Of a stretch of 60,385 nucleotides of DNA, positions 54,707-60,385 are shown in pieces. This stretch comes from Myxococcales bacterium. Lineage in GTDB: Bacteria > Myxococcota_A > Polyangia > Polyangiales > JAFGIB01. The stretch spans positions 1 to 60,385 of the forward strand of contig JAPPOT010000210.1 in assembly GCA_028817855.1 (NCBI GenBank), written 5' to 3'. The notes under the pieces were generated by a model. The model made no database searches and was not told the origin of the DNA. It worked only from the letters and a program-made list of their open reading frames with translations. The translations under genes were made by a program, and so were the position numbers. Positions within the stretch are counted from its first letter, which is position 1; each line of letters begins with the position of its first letter.

Positions 54707-56338
54707 GAGGCCCGGCAGCGGTGACGCGAGGGCGTGGCTCGGCGGCTTCATGCCCATCAGCCGCGCGATGGTCGCCGCCACCCGTGCCTGCTCGAGGGGC
54801 TCGCGGTGGCGGGCAGGCTCGACGCCTGGAGCCAGGATCCAGACCGGGACGTGCAGGTCGTAGTCCCACGGGGAGCCGTGGGTGGTGCCCTTGCCGGGCG
54901 TGATGCCGACGTCCGGGAAGACGTGCGGGCGCGTGACCAGGAAGACCTCGCCGCTGCTCTCCGGGTGCACGCTCTGGAGCACTCGCTGCTCGATCGGATC
55001 GCTGGTGCCGTGCAGGCTCCCCAGCGCGGAGGTGTCGTAGGCCGCGAAGATTGCCGGGTGCTTGGCGAGCGCCGTGGTCACGGCGGACCGAATCTTGGGT
55101 GCGCGCGGATGCTTCAGGGCATCGGGCGCCAGGAAGACGAAGGGCGCGGTGAAGCCCGCGACCCAATCGCCCTCACCAGCCACCGCGGCGACTGCACTGC
55201 GCGCGGTGGCGAGGATCTCCTTGCGCGTGACACGATGTCCAGCGCCGTTGCCCTTGCGCTGCTCGGGCAAGGGAGCGACGCCGTGGTCCGAGGTGATCAG
55301 CACCGACAGCCGCGTGCGGGAAGAGAGCGTGTCGATCAGATGCGCGATCGCGAGGTCGGCGCGCCGCAGGTGATCGGCGTACTCCCACGAGTCGGGGCCA
55401 AAGACGTGTCCAGCGTAGTCGGTGCCGGACAGGGAGACGGCGAGCAGGTCTGTGGCGTCGTCCTCACCGAGCCCGAGATTGCGGGTCGCGGCGAGTGCGA
55501 GCTCGACCAGGTACTCGCTCGAATCGGGGAACATGCGCCAAGCGGAGTGCGCGTCCTCGGCTTCGTTCAGCCGGTGCGGGAAGGCAATGCCCAGGCCCTT
55601 GTAGTCGCCCTCGCCCGGGCCCTCGTCGGGGCCGAGCACCTGCGCGAGGCGCTCCGGCTCGGCGGCCTCCCAGACGGTGCCGGGGGCTGCCGTTGGATGC
55701 CGCCGCTGAAAGCGGCCCACCCACTCGGGCAAGGTCTCGGCGTAGTAGGTCGAGGTGGTGAAGCCGCGCGCGGTGGCGTCGTACCAGAGCGCCAGGTCGG
55801 CGCGCTTGCCGCCCGGGATCACGGCGGCGCGGTCCTTGAGCGACAGCGACACCACCTTGCCGCGCCCGCCGGTCTCCGCCTTGAGCGCGTCTGCGATGGT
55901 GGGTACGCGTAGCGCGTCGGGGCCCGCGTGGGCGCCCTTCTTGCCGTGCACCGTATGCTGCCCGTCGTCCACCACCGAGCGCGAGCGTCCGCTGCGGCGA
56001 TCGATCCAGTAGTTCGAGGTGACGCCACTCTCACGCGGCGCGGCGCCCGTGTAGATCGAAGCGTGCCCCGGTGCGGTATAGGTGGCGGCGTAGGCATAGG
56101 TCACGCGTTCGTAGACCAGCCCGCGGCTGGACGCCCGACGAAGCGCGCCCTCGGGCGACAGCAGCGGCTCCAGCTTGGCGAAGGCCTCGCTGCCGAGCTG
56201 ATCGATCACGATCACGAGCATCAGCTGCGGCCGCGCGCCGCGCGCCTCGAGCGCCTCGGCCGTGCGCTGCGCGCTGCCGCACGCGACCAGCAGCGGGATG
56301 AGGAGCGGAGCCCATCGGACGTGGCGGGGAAGGCGCAT
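54704..56338 (-). CDS. alkaline phosphatase / nucleotide pyrophosphatase superfamily lipoprotein (PafA-like)
   Basis: Lipobox LIPLLVAC. LMLVIVIDQLGSE, TAPGHASIYTGA, GTDYAGHVFGP, ITSDHG, GTTHGSPWDYD. Confidence 0.8.
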   Translation of the reverse strand: MRLPRHVRWAPLLIPLLVACGSAQRTAEALEARGARPQLMLVIVIDQLGSEAFAKLEPLLSPEGALRRASSRGLVYERVTYAYAATYTAPGHASIYTGAAPRESGVTSNYWIDRRSGRSRSVVDDGQHTVHGKKGAHAGPDALRVPTIADALKAETGGRGKVVSLSLKDRAAVIPGGKRADLALWYDATARGFTTSTYYAETLPEWVGRFQRRHPTAAPGTVWEAAEPERLAQVLGPDEGPGEGDYKGLGIAFPHRLNEAEDAHSAWRMFPDSSEYLVELALAATRNLGLGEDDATDLLAVSLSGTDYAGHVFGPDSWEYADHLRRADLAIAHLIDTLSSRTRLSVLITSDHGVAPLPEQRKGNGAGHRVTRKEILATARSAVAAVAGEGDWVAGFTAPFVFLAPDALKHPRAPKIRSAVTTALAKHPAIFAAYDTSALGSLHGTSDPIEQRVLQSVHPESSGEVFLVTRPHVFPDVGITPGKGTTHGSPWDYDLHVPVWILAPGVEPARHREPLEQARVAATIARLMGMKPPSHALASPLPGL

Positions 56339-56395
56339 GGCGACACCGGTGCAGCAGCCCGAGCATGGAGCCAGATGCGTCCGGTCTGCGCAAGC

Positions 56396-57772
56396 TCACA
56401 GTCCGGTGCGCAGGATCGTCACGCCCGCTGCCTGCGGTCGCTGCACCGGCGTCTCGGTGGTCGGCGCGGCCACCGCCGGCGTTTGCGGCTGCTGGGCCAG
56501 CGGCTCCGGGGCGTCGCGGTGTGCGATGCCCCACGCGCAGCTCACCACCATCAGCCCCAGGGCGGTCAGCGCGGTCAGGCGCGCGTTCGCGAACGGCTTG
56601 CCGTGGGTGCGGTCGAGTCGCCGCCACAGCACCAGCAGCAGCACCATCGCGGCGCAGATCAGCACGACGAGCAGCGAGCCGACCGCCACGCTCAGCGAGT
56701 GCGAGGCGTAGCTGCGCACGCCGCGCGTGAATGGCGAGCCGTACAGCACCAGCAGGTGCGCGACGTAGACGATCAACGAGTTCTGGCCGATTAGCTGGAT
56801 CCAGTCGCGCGCGGGTCGGGGTCGCTCGGCGGCATCGGTCGAGCGCCGGCGCAGGATCCAGTCGAGCAGCGCGAAGCCGCCCATCAGCGCGAGGATCCAG
56901 CCCAGCCGCCGCAGGAAGAAGTACGGACTGGTCTTCCAGTAGTTGTGCTCGCCGAAGGCGCCGGGCACCGTAACGTCGAGCCACAGCGCCGCCAGCACCA
57001 GCGCGAGACCCCCGCCGAGCAGCGCGCCCGACAGGCGCAGGGAGGGCATGCCCACGCTGCGGTCCGGGATCAGTCCGGCGATGCCGATACCCCAGAGCAC
57101 GAAGCCCGCCCACGGCATCAGGGGAAAGGGGGATCCCGTGTTGGACGTCAGGTAGCCGGCGATCCCGAGCGGTACCATCTCCTCGAGCGGCAGGCGTGAC
57201 ATGGCGGGGCCCGCCAGCACGATCACGCCGCCGAGGGCAAAGGCCGCGGTCGTGATCACCCCGCGCCGGCGCAGCGCGAAGACCAGTAGCTGGCAGCACA
57301 GCAGTACCACGCCGATGTGTTGCAGCGCGTCGACGCGGAAGAACAGGCGCATGCGCGCCTCGCTCAGCGCGCTGTAGTCCAGGTGCGGCGCGGGCAGCTG
57401 CAGGGCGTAGCCGATGATGATGATCGAGAGGTAGCGCCACAGCCGCTTGTAGAGCGCCTTGCCCCAGACCAGGTGCGAGGGGAGGGTGCGGAAGGTGACG
57501 ACGCCGAAGGCCAGGCCGGCGCCGAGCAGAAATGCGGGCGCGGTGTAACCGTGGAGGTAGTTGTGCCAGCGGTACCAGAGCTCGCTGCGCACCCCGTCCT
57601 CGATGACGATGTAGAAGGTGTGGCCCTGGACCATGAAGAGCACGGCCAGGCAGCGCAAGGTGTCGAGGGCGTCGAAGCGGCCGGGGCGCGTGTCGGCACG
57701 AGGCGGTGGCGGCGCGGTCGAGCGCGCACGCGCTCCCAGCGACCAGTCCACCGCCTGGGCACCAGCTCCCAT
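56396..57772 (-). CDS. DUF1624 / heparan-alpha-glucosaminide N-acetyltransferase-like membrane acyltransferase
   Basis: RFDALDTLRCLAVLFMVQGHTFY. About 10 TM helices. Start ATG 57772 inside the longer listed ORF. Confidence 0.7.
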   Translation of the reverse strand: MGAGAQAVDWSLGARARSTAPPPPRADTRPGRFDALDTLRCLAVLFMVQGHTFYIVIEDGVRSELWYRWHNYLHGYTAPAFLLGAGLAFGVVTFRTLPSHLVWGKALYKRLWRYLSIIIIGYALQLPAPHLDYSALSEARMRLFFRVDALQHIGVVLLCCQLLVFALRRRGVITTAAFALGGVIVLAGPAMSRLPLEEMVPLGIAGYLTSNTGSPFPLMPWAGFVLWGIGIAGLIPDRSVGMPSLRLSGALLGGGLALVLAALWLDVTVPGAFGEHNYWKTSPYFFLRRLGWILALMGGFALLDWILRRRSTDAAERPRPARDWIQLIGQNSLIVYVAHLLVLYGSPFTRGVRSYASHSLSVAVGSLLVVLICAAMVLLLVLWRRLDRTHGKPFANARLTALTALGLMVVSCAWGIAHRDAPEPLAQQPQTPAVAAPTTETPVQRPQAAGVTILRTGL

Positions 57773-57965
57773 ATGGGGGCTGTTTTCCGTCGAAAGCGCC
57801 CGACTTTCAACCAGATGAGAGGTGTCCCTGATTGGGAATGGCTGTCTAGGGGCCCGCAATTGTGGGCTTTCCCGCTGCGCAGGCCGGATCACCCCTCGGA
57901 ACAGGGGATACAGTGTGCTACATCTGCCCGCGGTGCTTGGGGGTCCGGCTGTACGAGGTGCTGTG

Positions 57966-60385
57966 GTGTCTTTGGATTCGCGCTTCGAGCGCCCCGGGTC
58001 GATTCCCGCGGGCACAATTCAACTGTTCTTAATTGCTGCGTTGATCGCCGGCTGCGGGGACGACGCCAACGAGACGGGCGAGGCTGATCAGCCGACCACC
58101 GCGCAGCGTGATGGGGGCTCGGACGAGCAGCCCGCCGACGAGCCCGACGCGGGCGATCAGGACGGCGGTGGCGGTCCCGAAGACCCGCCCAGCGGCGACG
58201 ACCCCGAGCCGGCGGAGGATGCGGATGAGGACCCCGCGCCCGGTGACGACCCGATCTCGGAGGAGGACGAGGACGCCGGCGTCGGCGAGGAGGTGGTCCC
58301 CGGCGACTGCAACGACGGGGCGCTCAACGGCCTCGAGACGGGCCTCGACTGCGGCGGCCCCACCTGCGACCCCTGCGCCGACGACGAGGTCTGCGCCCTC
58401 GATCGCGACTGCGAGTCGGGGGTGTGCGCCGAGGACGGCCTCTGCGGCGAGGACACGTGCCCGGACGACGAGGGCAAGCGCGCGCCCGGCGTGTGCGGCT
58501 GCGGCGTGAGCGACGACGACAGCGATGGCGACGGCCGGCCCGACTGTCTGGACGGCTGCCCCGAGGATGCCGCCAAGTCCGCGCCTGGCCGCTGTGGATG
58601 CGGCGAGGTCGAGGACCCGACCGACAGCGACGGCGACAGCTTCCTCGACTGCGAGGAGAGCTGCGACCGGGATGGCGACAAGACCGAGCCTGGCGTGTGC
58701 GGCTGCGGCGTGAGCGACGGTGACACCGACAGCGATGGCACGGCGGACTGCATGGATGGCTGCCCGGACGACGGCGGCAAGGTCGAGCCGCTGAGCTGCG
58801 GCTGCGGCGTGGCCGAGACCGACGGCGACAGCGACGGCACCCCGGACTGCGACGATGGGTGTCCGGAAGATGCCGCCAAGACCGACGCGGGCGTCTGCGG
58901 CTGCGGCGAGAGCGATGCGGACAGCGACGCCGATGGCACCGCCGACTGCGATGACGAGTGCCCGAGTGACGTCGACAAGACCGTGCCCGGCCAGTGCGGA
59001 TGCGGCGTCACGGAGGATGCCGGGGACCGCGATGGCGACGGCACGATCGACTGCTTCGATGGCTGCCCCGATGACCCGGAGCAGACCCGGCCCGGACCTT
59101 GCGGCTGCGGCGAGCCCACCGATGCAGGGGATCAGGACGGCGACGGCGTGATCGATTGCGCCGACGAGTGCGACGAGGATCCCAACAAGTCGGAGCCGGG
59201 CGTGTGCGGCTGCGGTGTGGTGGAGGACGTGGCCAACGACGATGGCGACGCCCTGGTCAACTGCCTGGATGGCTGCCCGGCGGACGCTGCCAAGACCGAG
59301 GCCGGCGTGTGCGGCTGCGGTGTGGTGGAGGACGTGGCCAACGACGACGGCGACGGCGCCGTCAACTGCCTGGACGGCTGCCCGGCGGACCCGGTCAAGA
59401 CCGCGCCGGGCGAGTGCGGCTGCGGGATCGTGGAGGACGCCGGCGATCCGGATGGCGACGGCGTGCTCAATTGCTTCGACGAGTGCCCGGACGACCCCGA
59501 CAAGGTCGCGCCGGGCCAGTGCGGCTGCGGCGTGGTGGACGTGCTCGACGACAGCGACGGTGACGGGACCCTCGACTGCAACGACGGCTGCCCGGACGAT
59601 GGCGAGAAGACCGAGCCTGGCGCTTGCGGCTGCGGCGTGACCGAGGATGCCGCCGATGACGACGGCGACGGCACGCTCAACTGCTTCGACGCGTGTGTGG
59701 ATGACCCGGACAAGACCGAGCCGGGTGTGTGTGGCTGCGGCGAGCCCGAGCTCTCGGACGACAGCGACGGCGACGGCACCGCCGACTGCATCGATGGCTG
59801 CGTCGACGACCCGGACAAGACCGAGGCCGGTCTGTGCGGCTGCGGCGTGCCCGAGCAGAGCGACGACAGCGATGGCGACGGCACGATCGACTGCTTCGAC
59901 GGCTGCCCCGACGACGGCGACAAGACCGAGGCGGGCCTGTGTGGCTGCGGCATCGCCGACACAGACACCGACAACGACGGCACCCCGGACTGCACCGACG
60001 GGTGTGACGACGACCCCAACACGACTGCCGTCTGCTTCCCGTACATGCCGTCGAACGTGGACGAGACCAGTCTCGACTTCAGCGCAGCACCGGTCGCCGT
60101 GCTCGACTGTGGCCTGACGACGATCCGCAGCGACGACCCGGCCAGCGTCGAGGGCTGGTGCGGTGACGCGCCCCCGCTGGTGCCCGTCACGCAGCGGGAC
60201 GGTGGCCACGCGCTGGTGGTCGTGCTGCGCGGCTTGACCGTGGCCGACGGCAGCACCCTGCGGGTGGTCGGCGAGCGGCCGGTGATCCTTGCGGGCGACG
60301 GAGACGTGAGCATTGAGGGCGTGGTCGACGCTGCGGCCAGCGGCAGCACGCCGGGCGCCGGAGGCGACGCGCCGGGCACCGATAC
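57966..60385 (+). CDS. large secreted lipoprotein with acidic linker, Cys-rich module and 15 tandem CGCG/DxDxDG repeats (3' partial, runs off window)
   Basis: Not in the supplied ORF track because it has no stop in the window. I hand-translated the frame (positions divisible by 3), which is open from 57819 to the end. Lipobox LFLIAALIAGC at about 58023-58055. Repeat consensus is C-P-x-D-x-x-K-T-E-P-G-x-C-G-C-G-V-x-D-x-D-x-D-G-D-G-T-x-D-C-x-D-G. Start is uncertain (GTG 57966 after GAGGTG; alternatives GTG 57963 or TTG 57972). Confidence 0.8.
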   Translation, partial: MSLDSRFERPGSIPAGTIQLFLIAALIAGCGDDANETGEADQPTTAQRDGGSDEQPADEPDAGDQDGGGGPEDPPSGDDPEPAEDADEDPAPGDDPISEEDEDAGVGEEVVPGDCNDGALNGLETGLDCGGPTCDPCADDEVCALDRDCESGVCAEDGLCGEDTCPDDEGKRAPGVCGCGVSDDDSDGDGRPDCLDGCPEDAAKSAPGRCGCGEVEDPTDSDGDSFLDCEESCDRDGDKTEPGVCGCGVSDGDTDSDGTADCMDGCPDDGGKVEPLSCGCGVAETDGDSDGTPDCDDGCPEDAAKTDAGVCGCGESDADSDADGTADCDDECPSDVDKTVPGQCGCGVTEDAGDRDGDGTIDCFDGCPDDPEQTRPGPCGCGEPTDAGDQDGDGVIDCADECDEDPNKSEPGVCGCGVVEDVANDDGDALVNCLDGCPADAAKTEAGVCGCGVVEDVANDDGDGAVNCLDGCPADPVKTAPGECGCGIVEDAGDPDGDGVLNCFDECPDDPDKVAPGQCGCGVVDVLDDSDGDGTLDCNDGCPDDGEKTEPGACGCGVTEDAADDDGDGTLNCFDACVDDPDKTEPGVCGCGEPELSDDSDGDGTADCIDGCVDDPDKTEAGLCGCGVPEQSDDSDGDGTIDCFDGCPDDGDKTEAGLCGCGIADTDTDNDGTPDCTDGCDDDPNTTAVCFPYMPSNVDETSLDFSAAPVAVLDCGLTTIRSDDPASVEGWCGDAPPLVPVTQRDGGHALVVVLRGLTVADGSTLRVVGERPVILAGDGDVSIEGVVDAAASGSTPGAGGDAPGTD
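58458..60026 (+). repeat. 15 tandem coding repeats of 96-105 bp (thrombospondin-type-3-like Ca-binding motif plus CGCG)
   Basis: Each unit has 4 Cys and a DxDxDGDGxxDC motif. Units 8 and 9 (59193-59297 and 59298-59402) are nearly identical at DNA level. Confidence 0.8.

Noticed and set aside
57985-58015. tRNA-like T-arm sequence GGGTCGATTCCCGCGGG
   Set aside because: The stem needs a bulge, the loop starts with G rather than T, and no acceptor, D or anticodon arms can be drawn. The segment lies in the 5' coding region of the repeat lipoprotein.
58458-60026. Regular ~100-bp periodicity that might be mistaken for a CRISPR-like or satellite array
   Set aside because: The units are contiguous with no unique spacers. 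They are in frame, conserved at the amino-acid level, and there are no cas genes.
58029-60379. Minus-strand ORFs of 726 aa and 415 aa, plus several plus-strand Arg-rich ORFs, over the right end of the window
   Set aside because: The unlisted plus-strand frame gives a lipobox signal and 15 regular Cys/Asp repeats with conserved register. The listed ORFs are its shadow frames.

Overview
This is a 60,385-bp stretch of a very GC-rich bacterial chromosome (roughly 70 percent by eye, not computed). The gene content suggests Myxococcota: many lipoproteins, a Ser/Thr kinase, an ECF sigma factor, a MYXO-CTERM-like sorting tail and Cys-rich secreted repeat proteins. That assignment is inference only. 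I support about 50 protein genes. Most other long ORFs in the six-frame track are GC-driven shadow frames. From left to right the window holds: a lipoprotein; an APH/P-loop kinase fusion; a divergent EEP phosphatase / ClsB-like phospholipase-D pair; dnaK; four single-domain universal stress protein genes interrupted by a secreted trypsin-like protease; two hypothetical genes; an ABM monooxygenase, an MDR dehydrogenase and an IDH-family dehydrogenase; a 7-gene periplasmic nitrate reductase (nap) operon with an unusual cytochrome c / FeS / NrfD electron-input module and a doubled NapB; a beta-helix lipoprotein plus GPH transporter; an RlmN/Cfr-family radical SAM enzyme; an orphan MutS-domain-V ATPase; an SDR; a KTSC protein; a receiver-like/TPR membrane protein; an AddB/AddA-type helicase-nuclease pair; a Ser/Thr kinase; a tiny hydrophobic protein in an AT-rich island; a thioesterase; TetR; ECF sigma / anti-sigma / PCD; alkB with ferredoxin and ferredoxin reductase; an MFS transporter; tesB; a triple-FKBP lipoprotein; glpD; TauE; a Cys-rich lipoprotein plus outer-membrane barrel; an alkaline-phosphatase-family lipoprotein; and a DUF1624-like acyltransferase. 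A large lipoprotein with 15 tandem Cys/Asp-rich repeats runs off the right edge and is absent from the ORF track. The non-coding highlights are as follows. Three TA-flanked MITE-like elements (two families) sit exactly on gene boundaries, and one now supplies the RBS and start codon of a nap-operon gene. A family of G-tract-rich palindromic elements lies at gene 3' ends. A doubled 18-bp palindromic operator lies in the alkB/ferredoxin divergent region. I recognised no rRNA, tRNA, CRISPR array, transposase or prophage genes. All family calls rest on motif recognition by eye, because no database search was possible.
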